The notes below the pieces were generated by a model. That model searched no databases. It was not told the origin of the DNA and saw nothing but the letters and a program-made list of their open reading frames with translations. From Deltaproteobacteria bacterium TL4 (GTDB lineage: Bacteria; SAR324; NAC60-12): 28,762 nucleotides of DNA. Every line of letters starts with the position of its first letter. Position 1 is the first letter of the stretch. Shown here piece by piece: positions 7,784 through 17,200 of the stretch. The DNA lies in NCBI GenBank assembly GCA_051382335.1, contig JBBCAX010000080.1, forward strand, positions 1 to 28,762. The letters run 5' to 3'. Made by a program: the position numbers and the translations under genes.

Positions 7784-8551
7784 GTGAGTATTTTAGTTGA
7801 AAAAAAAGGAAGAATCACCACCCTCATTATCAATCGTCCTGACGTCAAAAACGCAATCAACGCGCCCACCGCAAAGGCTTTGGTTGAGGCCATCCGTGCG
7901 TTTGAAGCGGATGAGGAGTCTTATGTCGCTGTACTTTGCGGGGCCGGAGGAAGTTTTTGTGCCGGAGCTGATCTTAAAGCGGTCGCCAATACTGAGTTAA
8001 TCCCCCGCATCGAAGAAAATGGAGACGCGCCCTTAGGCCCCTCTAGAATGTTACTGCAAAAACCGATGATTGCCGCCGTTTCCGGTTATGCTGTTGCGGG
8101 AGGACTTGAATTATCCTTGCTTTGTGATCTGAGAGTCGTGGAGAAAAGCGCGGTTTTTGGCGTGTTTTGCCGACGATGGGGGGTTCCCTTAATTGATGGC
8201 GGAACGATTCGTTTACCACGCTTAATCGGACTGAGCCGAGCCTTGGACCTTATTTTAACAGGACGACCTGTTGATGCGGAAGAAGCGCTCCTGATAGGGC
8301 TGGCAAACCGGGTGGTTGCAGAGGGAACCGCAAGGCAGGAAGCTGAGGCTCTCGCTTTTCAACTAGCGAAATTTCCACAAACCTGTCTTCGTCATGATCG
8401 TTTAAGCGCTTATGAACAATTTTCCATGGATCTTCCGGAAGCCTTGCTCAATGAATTTAGACACGGAATGACTACGATTCAAAGTAATGAAACCCTAGCG
8501 GGGGCAAAACGCTTTGAAAAAGGCCAAGGACGTCATGGTGCCTTTGAGTAG
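7784..8551 (+). CDS. Crotonase/enoyl-CoA hydratase family protein
   Basis: INRPDVKNA, FCAGADL, KPMIAAVSGYAVAGGLEL and GVPLIDGGT; GTG start with an AGGAG RBS. Confidence 0.95.
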   Translation: MSILVEKKGRITTLIINRPDVKNAINAPTAKALVEAIRAFEADEESYVAVLCGAGGSFCAGADLKAVANTELIPRIEENGDAPLGPSRMLLQKPMIAAVSGYAVAGGLELSLLCDLRVVEKSAVFGVFCRRWGVPLIDGGTIRLPRLIGLSRALDLILTGRPVDAEEALLIGLANRVVAEGTARQEAEALAFQLAKFPQTCLRHDRLSAYEQFSMDLPEALLNEFRHGMTTIQSNETLAGAKRFEKGQGRHGAFE

Positions 8552-8578
8552 CGGGAACTCCCGGAAACCAATGGAACT

Positions 8579-8608
8579 CTACAGATGTTCATTTAAATAA
8601 ATTCAGAA
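8579..8608. mobile_element. Solo shell-A terminal repeat
   Basis: CTACAGATGTTCATTTAAATAAATTCAGAA matches the reverse complement of 1059-1088 at 29/30. Confidence 0.85.
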
Positions 8609-8617
8609 TGTATATTT

Positions 8618-8669
8618 CTGGACTTTGAACATTTGATTCATGGTTTTAGTTTTAATTATTCAATAATAT
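8618..8669. mobile_element. Second copy of the 52-bp probable IS end, cut off by the next element
   Basis: Exact reverse complement of 44-95; identity stops where the 8669-8793 element begins. Confidence 0.65.
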
Positions 8670-8793
8670 GGGCTTGGTCGTAAGTTCGGCCATTTTGATG
8701 GTAGCCCTGGGTTTCGTCCCAGGGAATACCGCACACATTGTTCCTCGGGGCGAAACCCGAGGCTACCCCTGGCCGAAGTTAGACCCAAGCCCA
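8669..8793. mobile_element. MITE-like element (shell D) with a GTAG REP doublet
   Basis: TIR TGGGCTTGGTCGTAAGTTCGGCCA (8669-8692) matches the reverse complement of 8770-8793 at 20/24. Inner GTAG-CCCTGGG-TTTCGT-CCCAGGG ... CCTCGGG-GCGAAA-CCCGAGG-CTAC (8701-8766). Confidence 0.85.
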
Positions 8794-8914
8794 GAAAATA
8801 TTCTCATAAAAGCATATGCGAATCCGAACTTGCATAACAGCTCTGTCATAACCGGACGAGCTTTTGATGTCCCCTGGTATTAAAGTGCGCACTCCCCCTT
8901 AAAGGCTTCGTGGC

Positions 8915-9883
8915 TTACTGAACATTCTCACTATCCGTAAACATATTGGCAAATAAAACTGAGGAAAGATAACGTTCCCCTGAATCAGGCAGAAGGACGA
9001 CAATGGTTTTCCCTTTATGTTGCTCCTGCCTGGAGACCCTCACTGCGGCAGCAACCGCGGCACCACTGGAAATTCCGGCCAGAATGCCTTGTTCCTTCAT
9101 CAGTTTATGTGCGTATTCCAGCGCTTCCTCGTCACTGATTTGTTCTGTTTGATCCACCATTGCCAGATCCAGATTTTTGGGGATAAAGCCTGCGCCAATT
9201 CCCTGGATTTTGTGGGGGCCATGTTTGGGTTCCAAGCCCTCCAGAGCACATTTGATTTGGGGTGAGGCAACGGGTTCCACCGCGACAGAGGTGATCTGTT
9301 TATGCTGTGTGTTTTTTATGTACCGGGAAACGCCTGTGAGGGTCCCACCGGTACCAACGCCGCTGACGAACACATCAATCGTTCCGTCGGTATCATTCCA
9401 GATCTCTGGACCTGTGGTCTTTTCGTGAATTTCAGGGTTAGCCGGATTTTCAAATTGTTGCAGCAGCAGGTATTTTTCGGGCTTACTTTTAGCAAGCTCC
9501 TTTGCTTTTTCAATCGCGCCGGTCATGCCCTTTGCTCCCTCGGTGAGGATTAAATTTGCGCCCAAGGCTTTCATCAATTTACGGCGTTCCAAACTCATGG
9601 TCTGAGGCATGGTGAGGGTAATGGCATAGCCTTTGGCCGCGGCGACAAAAGCCAGGGCTATCCCGGTATTACCACTTGTGGGTTCCACCAGTTCCATCCC
9701 CGGTTTTAATTTCCCGGTTTTTTCCGCATCCCAGATCATGTTTGCGCCAATTCGGCATTTAACGGAATTTGCAGGGTTACGGCTTTCAATCTTGGCGTAG
9801 ATGGTAGCCTCAGAGATTCGGCTGAGTTTGATAAGCGGAGTATTGCCAATACTAAGACTGTTATCATCATATATTTTTGTCAT
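8915..9883 (-). CDS. cysK: Cysteine synthase A (O-acetylserine sulfhydrylase)
   Basis: IGNTPL, SVKCRIG (PLP Lys), [27 protein letters not shown] and GERYLS. Confidence 0.97.
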   Translation of the reverse strand: MTKIYDDNSLSIGNTPLIKLSRISEATIYAKIESRNPANSVKCRIGANMIWDAEKTGKLKPGMELVEPTSGNTGIALAFVAAAKGYAITLTMPQTMSLERRKLMKALGANLILTEGAKGMTGAIEKAKELAKSKPEKYLLLQQFENPANPEIHEKTTGPEIWNDTDGTIDVFVSGVGTGGTLTGVSRYIKNTQHKQITSVAVEPVASPQIKCALEGLEPKHGPHKIQGIGAGFIPKNLDLAMVDQTEQISDEEALEYAHKLMKEQGILAGISSGAAVAAAVRVSRQEQHKGKTIVVLLPDSGERYLSSVLFANMFTDSENVQ

Positions 9884-9935
9884 TTTTTTCCTATCGTGTG
9901 GGTTTTATAATTTTTAGTAAATTCATCGAGTGCCC

Positions 9936-9964
9936 ATACTATTAAGAATCAGGAAAGGATGCAA
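9936..9964 (-). promoter_or_regulatory. Putative sigma-70 promoter for cysK
   Basis: Minus-strand TTGCAT-17 nt-TAGTAT, about 50 nt upstream of the start codon. Confidence 0.5.
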
Positions 9965-10045
9965 GATCAATTGTATTTTAGCTGAATTTGATTCGTTGTG
10001 GTCTTCAGACGTTCGAGGGAGAAGAGGCGAACGGGGATTTGCCCC

Positions 10046-10555
10046 TTATTTCGAGGATTTTTTCTGATTGGGGGGTGGCGAAACTTTCCCTGATGTCGAC
10101 TTTTCCATGGAGGCCTCTTTTTGAGCCTGGGGTGGAACTCTCCTCGTTGTGGATTTCTCCATATCAGATTTCATGATATCTGAAGCGACATCAATCAATA
10201 CGTTACTGAAGGTACGTATTCCGTGGTAGAGATTGACGGCTGTCGCGTCATGAATGTCTTTGACAACCTTAGAAGTATCTCGAGTCGAATCCATGCTGTC
10301 TAAAAGACCAAAGGTCACACCAGAAAGGGTCTTGTGTACACTTTCAACCATTGAAAGCCCCTTATGGGCCATAAGCTGCTTTTCATTATTTTCCATTTTT
10401 TTATAGTCTTCGTCTTTTTGTTTTTGAGAAGTTGAAGTGAGCATTCGTTTGATTTCCAATAACCCCAAAAAGCGTTGTGCGAGCTCATGTCTTAATTTCA
10501 GAAGCAACCCTAAAAACAGCAACAGCAACAGCAGCAGTAACCTATCCCAATTCAT
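10046..10555 (-). CDS. Membrane-anchored hypothetical protein, paralogue of 18730-19020
   Basis: Leu-rich N-terminal anchor from ATG 10555; a VESVHK...DIHD...YHGIR segment aligns with the 96-aa protein. Confidence 0.75.
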   Translation of the reverse strand: MNWDRLLLLLLLLFLGLLLKLRHELAQRFLGLLEIKRMLTSTSQKQKDEDYKKMENNEKQLMAHKGLSMVESVHKTLSGVTFGLLDSMDSTRDTSKVVKDIHDATAVNLYHGIRTFSNVLIDVASDIMKSDMEKSTTRRVPPQAQKEASMEKSTSGKVSPPPNQKKSSK

Positions 10556-10571
10556 ATTTTTTCTCTTTAAA

Positions 10572-10943
10572 TCAAACAGTGGTGATTCGTACTTTAGCGT
10601 CAACGCCTCGTTCTTCCATCAGGCGAATAGATTCTTTTTGTGCCTGTCGATAGACTTCCTTGGTGATCATTGCTGGAGCCAAGCCGGAGACCAGATGTGC
10701 CGCAATGTGATGATTTTTTGCAACCGCAATCGGGTCCAGAATTTCAATAACTAAACGTAACTCCAGTTTTCGGGGAGGTAAGAGAGGTACGTCTTTGTCC
10801 TCTAATTTCATTCTTTTTCGCAACTCTTGAAAATCTTTTTCTAACTCTTTTGCATACTCAGACGTTTGAGAAACATATTTGTGAAAAAATACGGCCAACG
10901 CGATCACAATCAAAATGAGGATAATATTTACAGAAACCAGCAT
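10572..10943 (-). CDS. Membrane-anchored hypothetical protein
   Basis: N-terminal TM helix followed by a coiled coil; co-oriented 16 nt upstream of the 10046-10555 gene. Confidence 0.75.
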   Translation of the reverse strand: MLVSVNIILILIVIALAVFFHKYVSQTSEYAKELEKDFQELRKRMKLEDKDVPLLPPRKLELRLVIEILDPIAVAKNHHIAAHLVSGLAPAMITKEVYRQAQKESIRLMEERGVDAKVRITTV

Positions 10944-11095
10944 TACTTACTCTCGAGCAAAAGGATGAAACGTCATCAATCGATAATACCCATAAAACAA
11001 AATCTTGCTTTGAAGAAAAGTCTTTTCTTTATTCTCTTCGGTTTTCCTGATATAAGTCTCAGTTGTTCATCTATCACACTCATTTCAATAAAACT

Positions 11096-11329
11096 ATGGA
11101 AAAACTATTCGATTGGATTATTAACCTACCTTGGAATGTTGCGATTCTGTTGTGCTTGACGTTAGGATTAGCGCCGTTTACTCCACCTCATCTTTGGGAA
11201 AAACTGCAAATGTTGTTCAGAGGAACCTTGATCCGCCCTCTGGATTGGTTTGATTTGTTTTTACATGCAACACCGTGGATTATACTTTTGATCAAAGTAT
11301 TTCTTGAGTGGACTCGTCGTTCAGTGTAA
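11096..11329 (+). CDS. Small conserved membrane protein (LGLAPF.P.PHL.EKL...DWFDL..H type)
   Basis: Recognisable conserved motif pattern of a small bacterial membrane protein family; ATG at 11096. Confidence 0.75.
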   Translation: MEKLFDWIINLPWNVAILLCLTLGLAPFTPPHLWEKLQMLFRGTLIRPLDWFDLFLHATPWIILLIKVFLEWTRRSV

Positions 11330-11381
11330 AGCGCCCGCTTCAGCTTTACTTTGTCCTGTGATTCCGCAACCAATACCGAGC

Positions 11382-11585
11382 TTAAACAGATGACGTTTTA
11401 GAGGGGCACCCACTGTCCTGACAATTTTCTTTTTGTTTTGCCTGGCACCCTCCACATTCCGATTCTTCTCCTGGTTTTGAGGACTCAATCTCCATTTTTT
11501 CCCGATAGTATCGAATCATTCCCCAAACAACAATTGCCATGGTAAACACCGCTACGATACTTATTTCTTTGATGAATGCCATCAT
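11382..11585 (-). CDS. Small membrane protein with Cys-rich tail (FeoB-associated Cys-rich-like)
   Basis: TM helix followed by CGGC...C....C; AGAAAGG RBS before ATG 11585. Confidence 0.6.
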   Translation of the reverse strand: MMAFIKEISIVAVFTMAIVVWGMIRYYREKMEIESSKPGEESECGGCQAKQKENCQDSGCPSKTSSV

Positions 11586-11973
11586 TTTATACCTTTCTGT
11601 CTTGATGCTCACGAGTGCTGGATTGAAATTTGACATCAGATTCCTCTAAAAAAGGAGAGGATATGCTTTTACATTTCACTATGACACATCAAACTTCAGA
11701 TTCAAATACATTTCACTCAAAATATTCAGGATGTCTTTATTCGGCACCTTTCAAAAATACAGAAAAGTAGAGACTGTGTTGAAAGTCAACCCCTTTTTTA
11801 GTGGTTTACAATTTTAGAATAGTCACCTTTTCTTTAGTTAACGCAAGGTGCCAGGATGCAAGGAACGAAACCCCTTCGAAGTCCGTACCGCCAAATCTTC
11901 GCTTGTGATAAATCGCTTCTAACTGTCACAAATACTGACATGAGACACGTTCCGTTCAAACACTAATTACGAA

Positions 11974-12019
11974 TTGACAATCAAAAATATTCAGGTAGAA
12001 ACTACTTACCACTAGGTAA
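11974..12019 (+). promoter_or_regulatory. Putative sigma-70 promoter and TetR operator
   Basis: TTGACA (11974-11979), TAGAAA 16 nt later, then the palindrome TTACC-ACTA-GGTAA (12006-12019) just upstream of the TetR gene. Confidence 0.6.
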
Positions 12020-12036
12020 CCTACAAAGAGGCTTTT

Positions 12037-12645
12037 ATGAAAAAAACAGATCCTACCGTGAAGGAAGAGATTTTATCCATTGCCATTGAGCTGTTTGCCA
12101 ACAGAGGGTTTGATGGCACCTCCGTCAATGATATTGCATCAAGATCGAGTGTCACGAAACCTATGATCTATTATTATTTTAATAGCAAGGTGGGTTTGTA
12201 TCAGGGGGTGGTAGATTTGGCCATTGAGAAGACCTATCACGCCATGAAACAAGCTGTTGACCAAAAAGCCGAATGGAAAGAAAGACTGATTGGGGTACTC
12301 CAGGCGGTGTTTAATTTCACCAGGAACAATGTCGCTTTATCTCGGATTACGTTTATTACCGCATTCGCCTCCCCTGAAATGATTCCCAAGGATGTCACTC
12401 ATCGGGAAAAAGCAGAGCGCAATTTTGCCATTGTTCATAGTCTTATTCAGGAAGGGATTGAATCAGGGGATCTCAGAAAGATGAATAGTCTACAGATGAC
12501 AACCGCGATTTATGGTTTGATGATGTTCCAGGTGATGGGATTTTTGATCAGGCCAGAGATTCCCTTGGATCAATCAACCGCTGAAATGATCGTGGAACTG
12601 TATCTTCAAGGGGCAGGGGTTCAGGGGGCAATTCCTCCAAAGTGA
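12037..12645 (+). CDS. TetR/AcrR family transcriptional regulator
   Basis: HTH ELFANRGFDGTSVNDIA...IYYYFNSKVGLY. Confidence 0.95.
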   Translation: MKKTDPTVKEEILSIAIELFANRGFDGTSVNDIASRSSVTKPMIYYYFNSKVGLYQGVVDLAIEKTYHAMKQAVDQKAEWKERLIGVLQAVFNFTRNNVALSRITFITAFASPEMIPKDVTHREKAERNFAIVHSLIQEGIESGDLRKMNSLQMTTAIYGLMMFQVMGFLIRPEIPLDQSTAEMIVELYLQGAGVQGAIPPK

Positions 12646-12778
12646 AAACTGAAACGATAGTTACTTCTGTTGTTGAAACTCACACTTAAAAATTAATATA
12701 TTGGCGCTCCGTAAAAAATTCCAAGGGTAATTATCAACTGGCGCATTCACCAAGGTAAGGGAGAAAAGGATAGGCTTT

Positions 12779-13915
12779 ATGAAAAAAAGAAAGTTAACTC
12801 AAAACAAACGATGTCTGACAGGCCTCATAGGTTTGGTTTTAATCAGCTTGGGGACCCTCCCGGTTGGTTGTAAGCCCTCAGAAGAAAAGACCTTGGGGAG
12901 TCATGCTGAAAGCCCCCAGGAACCTCAGAAGGAGGTGGAATCAAAGTCGGAAATCAGCAAGACCAATGTGGAAATAATGGTATTGACACCACAGAAAATG
13001 GAGGTTCGCAAAAGCTATGTAGGAGAGTTGTCTCCAAGCAACCGCGTGATCTTGCGCTCTGAAAGTGAAGGTGTGATTGAACGTGTTAATTTTGAAGAAT
13101 CCTTTCCTGTGACTCAGGATCAAGGCTTGGTTAATATTTCGACAGAGGAAAACACCGTGCGTCTTGAGTTGGCTGAATCGGATTTTGAAATCGCGCAAAT
13201 CAACTACCAGCGGGATCTTCAATTATTTGAAAAAAAACTCATTCCCCTCTCCCAACGCGATCAGGTTTACTATCAATTGCAAACTGCCAAACATCGCTTG
13301 AAACTGGCAAAAATTACTTTGGCCAAATCGGTGTTACACTCACCGCTTTCTGGAATTGTAAAACTAAAAGCTGTTGAAAAAGGCGAGTTTGTCAATAAAG
13401 GACAAATAATTGCGGAAATTCTAAACATTGATCCCTTGAAAATTGTGATCTTTGTTCCGGAACAAGATATCATTTTTTTAAAAGTAGGACAAAAAGTTGA
13501 AGTCGAGTTGTATGTTCTCCAGCATCTCGAACTATCAGGGAGAATTGACAAACTTGGGATTGAAGCTGACTCAGGCAATCGAGGTTTTCCCGTTGAAGTT
13601 CGTATTCCAAATCCTAAAGGTGATTTAAGGTCTGGGATGTTGGCGAAAGTTAATATTCGATTAAATACGTACGAAAATCAGGTGGTGATCCCACGCTATG
13701 CGGTTTTAGAAAAAGAAACAGAAAGAGCTGTTTTTCTTGTTCATAAAGATCTTGTTGAAGAGCGCCCGATTAAAATTGCGGAAAGTTATCAAGGCTACGT
13801 TCGCGTTATTTCAGGCTTGAAAACGGGAGATTCTATCGTCGTCAAAGGACAGCAAGAACTCAATCATAACGAACAAGTCCAGATCCGCGACACCATCCAG
13901 CAACCATTAAATTAG
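12779..13915 (+). CDS. RND efflux periplasmic adaptor (MFP) lipoprotein
   Basis: Lipobox PVGC, SPLSGIV lipoyl-like motif, LRSGM, and GLKTGDSIVVKG. Confidence 0.93.
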   Translation: MKKRKLTQNKRCLTGLIGLVLISLGTLPVGCKPSEEKTLGSHAESPQEPQKEVESKSEISKTNVEIMVLTPQKMEVRKSYVGELSPSNRVILRSESEGVIERVNFEESFPVTQDQGLVNISTEENTVRLELAESDFEIAQINYQRDLQLFEKKLIPLSQRDQVYYQLQTAKHRLKLAKITLAKSVLHSPLSGIVKLKAVEKGEFVNKGQIIAEILNIDPLKIVIFVPEQDIIFLKVGQKVEVELYVLQHLELSGRIDKLGIEADSGNRGFPVEVRIPNPKGDLRSGMLAKVNIRLNTYENQVVIPRYAVLEKETERAVFLVHKDLVEERPIKIAESYQGYVRVISGLKTGDSIVVKGQQELNHNEQVQIRDTIQQPLN

Positions 13916-13931
13916 AAACTATTCAACCGCC

Positions 13932-13963
13932 GATAAACGCCGATAAAAAAATCCGCGTTTATC
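13932..13963. repeat. Intergenic inverted repeat between MFP and RND
   Basis: GATAAACGC (13932-13940) pairs with GCGTTTATC (13955-13963); CGCCGATAAA is also directly repeated. Confidence 0.55.
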
Positions 13964-14019
13964 TGGTAAAATCTGCGACTGAGTCTTTACCTTCAAAGCA
14001 TATCTTCAATAGGAATTGA

Positions 14020-17000
14020 ATGAAAATTAGTCTGATTGCCATAAAAAATCCTGCGTCCATCTATTTGTTTACGATCATGATTATTATCCTTGGGGCCATT
14101 TCATATAAAGGTCTGCCAAGGGAATCGAGTCCTGAAATTCAAATTCCCTTACTGATTGTCGCTGTGCCTTTTCCTGGAGCCTCTCCTGAGGATGTTGAGT
14201 CCTTGATTACGAGAAAAATCGAAGTGGAGCTCCAAGGAATTGAGCACATGAAAAGTATGAAATCAACCTCTGCGGAAAGTGTCTGCACGATTACTTTGGA
14301 ATTTACCCCCGATTTTAATGTCAGTGACGCGAGAACCAAAGTTAAAGAAGCCTTGGATAAAGTCAAACCCGAGCTTCCCGAAGAAGCAGAAGAGCCGATA
14401 GTCAGTGAAATCAAACTCTCTGAACGGCCCATGATGTTAATCAATCTTTCTGGAGATATTGGTCTTTTACGCTTGAAAGAGGGTGCGGAAGAATTAAAGG
14501 ATTTAATTGAGGCCCTTCCAGGTATTTTAGAAGTCCGCAGAGTGGGGGGCTTAGAACATGAGATTAGAGTTTATGTGAATCCGGAAAAATTACGGCATTA
14601 CAATCTCAGTATCAACCAGTTAACCAGTGCTATTGAAAAGGAAAACACAACACTGCCAGGCGGAACCCTGACGTTGGGACCTACCAAATATTTAATTCGC
14701 ATTCTAGGCGAATTTCAGGAACCTGAAGGTGTTGAAAATGCCTTGGTGAGCTCTCCAGGACAAGTCCCTGTATTGGTCAAGGACGTTGCCAGAGTGGTTT
14801 ATGGATTCAAAGAACTCAACAGCCGTTCCCGTTTGGATACTCAAGAGTCAGTATCCTTGAATGTCATGAAACGCAGTGGTTCCAATCTTTTGGAAATTCA
14901 AGAGAAAATTTATCGTTTGGTGGATGAACAGGGGAAAAAATACGGTAATCATATCCGCTTCAAAATTCTTTCAGATGAAGGGGTATGGATCAAACAACTC
15001 ATTAGTGATTTGGAAAACAACATTTACACAGGATTTACGTTGGTATTGGTGGTGCTCTTGATTGTGATGGGATTCCGAAACGCTTTCTTTGTTGCGACGG
15101 CGATTCCCTTATCGTTTTTAATGTGTATGTTGATTTTGGATTGGATGGGATTCACCTTAAACATGATGGTCTTATTCAGTCTCATCCTGTCGTTGGGGAT
15201 GCTTGTGGATAACGCGATTGTGGTTGTTGAGAATATTTATCGACACATCCAATCAGGTAAATCCAGGCTAGAAGCGGCAACTATTGGTATTTCCGAAGTT
15301 TCTATTCCCATCACCACCTCAACGCTAACGACACTCGCCGCCTTTGCTCCGTTGTTGAGTATGCCGGGAATTGTCGGGGAATTTATGGCCTTTCTGCCGA
15401 AAACATTGATCATTGCCCTCAGTTGCTCTTTGATTGTGGGTTTGCTGATTAATCCTGTTTTTTGCTCCACCATGATTAAAATCCCACGAACAGTCCTTGA
15501 TAATAGCGATGAGTTGCAATTACTGGAACGTTCGAAATTATTGGGTTTTTATCGTACCCTGATAGGCGGATGTTTGAATTTTAGAGTCACCACACTGATG
15601 ATGACGGTTATCTTGTTTTTTGGCATTATGGGACTCTACGCAAGTACAACCCTGAAACGAAGAGGTGTTGAATTTTTCCCTGTAACGGAGCCCAGAGATG
15701 CGGTGATTGATATTACGGCTCCGCTTGGAAGTACTCTGGAATTTTCTGATTCCATTGTCTCTCAGGTTGAAGGCTTTGTCAAACCTTCGGCAGACAGTAT
15801 TAACGCCATGGTTGCCAATGTGGGACAAAGGAGAGGTTTTGGCGCACAAGACGCAGGTTCCTCAACTTCGTTTCTCAGTCATATAGTTCTGGAGTTTCCT
15901 GATTGGCAAAATTGGAAAATGCATCCTTCCGATGTGATTGTGGCTATTCGCAAACGATTGAATACCATTACCGGAGCCAACGTCAGAATCACGAAACAAC
16001 AGATGGGACCCCCGAAAAAACCTCCCGTTAATATTGAAATCAGAGGGAATGATTTTGGCGTGATGAAAGAATTAGCGGAATCGATTAAACAAAAAATTAA
16101 AGATACTCACGGGTTGGTGGATCTCCGAGATGACTTCGATCAAAGTCGTCCCGAAATTCGAGTTGAAATTGATCGGGAAAAAGCGGGCAGACTGGGGTTA
16201 AGAGCGATAGACTTGGCGCTCACCGTTCGGACAGCGTTTAATGGACGCAAAGTTTCGGTCTTTCGTGATGGTAAAGAGGAATATGATATTATTGTCCAAC
16301 TGGATGAAGCTTTTCGTGAGAATATGCAAGATCTGGAATCCCTTTTTGTGTTTACGCCAAGTGGCAAATCCGTGCCTTTAAGTGAACTGGCGAAAATCAC
16401 AACCGGCCCCTCTTACGGTTCCATCAGACATGTAGAACTGGATCGGGTTTTAACGGTGACCGCTGAAGCTGAAGGACTCCCGGGTCCTGTGGTCCTTAAT
16501 AACGTGAGACAAATTTTGGCGGATTTCCCTGTCCCCAAAAACTACTCGCTGAGTTTTACAGGAGAAAGCCAGGATATGAATGAATCCCAACGATTCCTAT
16601 TTCAAAGTTTTTTTATTGCGATCTTTTTGATTTTTATTATTTTGACCACCCAATTCAACTCCTTACTCACGCCTTCAATTATCCTCAGTTCTGTCATCCT
16701 TTCGTTGATGGGTGTTTTTTTGGGACTGATCATCCATGATTGCGCGTTCAGTGTCATGATGGCAGGCATCGGGACGGTTTCTCTGGCGGGAATTGTGGTT
16801 AACAATGCCATTGTCCTCATTGATTTTATTGAACAACTCAGAAAAAGAGGGATTCCTCGGGATGAAGCGATCATCTTGTCTGGAATGGCACGCATGCGTC
16901 CTGTGCTGTTGACCGCGATTACCACTGTTTTGGGCTTGGTTCCTGTCGCCATGGGAATGGATATCAGTTTCTATCGCTGGCCTATTATTATTTTTGGCGC

Positions 17001-17160
17001 GGAAAGCAGTACTTTTTGGAAACCCATGGCTTTAGCGATTATCTATGGTTTATCGGTTGCGACCCTACTGACGCTATTTGTGGTTCCGGTACTTTACTCC
17101 GCTTTAGACGAGGTAAAAACAAGCCTTACACGAATTCTTGGCTTGAGTCGAAAAGCCTGA
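14020..17160 (+). CDS. RND transporter permease (AcrB/AcrD/AcrF family)
   Basis: 1046 aa, PGASPEDVE, GMLVDNAIVVVENI, GIVVNNAIVL and RMRPVLLTAITT. Confidence 0.97.
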   Translation: MKISLIAIKNPASIYLFTIMIIILGAISYKGLPRESSPEIQIPLLIVAVPFPGASPEDVESLITRKIEVELQGIEHMKSMKSTSAESVCTITLEFTPDFNVSDARTKVKEALDKVKPELPEEAEEPIVSEIKLSERPMMLINLSGDIGLLRLKEGAEELKDLIEALPGILEVRRVGGLEHEIRVYVNPEKLRHYNLSINQLTSAIEKENTTLPGGTLTLGPTKYLIRILGEFQEPEGVENALVSSPGQVPVLVKDVARVVYGFKELNSRSRLDTQESVSLNVMKRSGSNLLEIQEKIYRLVDEQGKKYGNHIRFKILSDEGVWIKQLISDLENNIYTGFTLVLVVLLIVMGFRNAFFVATAIPLSFLMCMLILDWMGFTLNMMVLFSLILSLGMLVDNAIVVVENIYRHIQSGKSRLEAATIGISEVSIPITTSTLTTLAAFAPLLSMPGIVGEFMAFLPKTLIIALSCSLIVGLLINPVFCSTMIKIPRTVLDNSDELQLLERSKLLGFYRTLIGGCLNFRVTTLMMTVILFFGIMGLYASTTLKRRGVEFFPVTEPRDAVIDITAPLGSTLEFSDSIVSQVEGFVKPSADSINAMVANVGQRRGFGAQDAGSSTSFLSHIVLEFPDWQNWKMHPSDVIVAIRKRLNTITGANVRITKQQMGPPKKPPVNIEIRGNDFGVMKELAESIKQKIKDTHGLVDLRDDFDQSRPEIRVEIDREKAGRLGLRAIDLALTVRTAFNGRKVSVFRDGKEEYDIIVQLDEAFRENMQDLESLFVFTPSGKSVPLSELAKITTGPSYGSIRHVELDRVLTVTAEAEGLPGPVVLNNVRQILADFPVPKNYSLSFTGESQDMNESQRFLFQSFFIAIFLIFIILTTQFNSLLTPSIILSSVILSLMGVFLGLIIHDCAFSVMMAGIGTVSLAGIVVNNAIVLIDFIEQLRKRGIPRDEAIILSGMARMRPVLLTAITTVLGLVPVAMGMDISFYRWPIIIFGAESSTFWKPMALAIIYGLSVATLLTLFVVPVLYSALDEVKTSLTRILGLSRKA

Positions 17161-17200
17161 TTTTCTTACGGCGTTCTACTGTAGATCCCTCAATATCAAT

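Noticed and set aside
11840..11895. Sigma-54 promoter (minus-strand TGGCAC) or group II intron domain V (CCGTACCGCC)
   Set aside because: GG-N10-GC spacing is not met, and the domain V hairpin cannot be formed.
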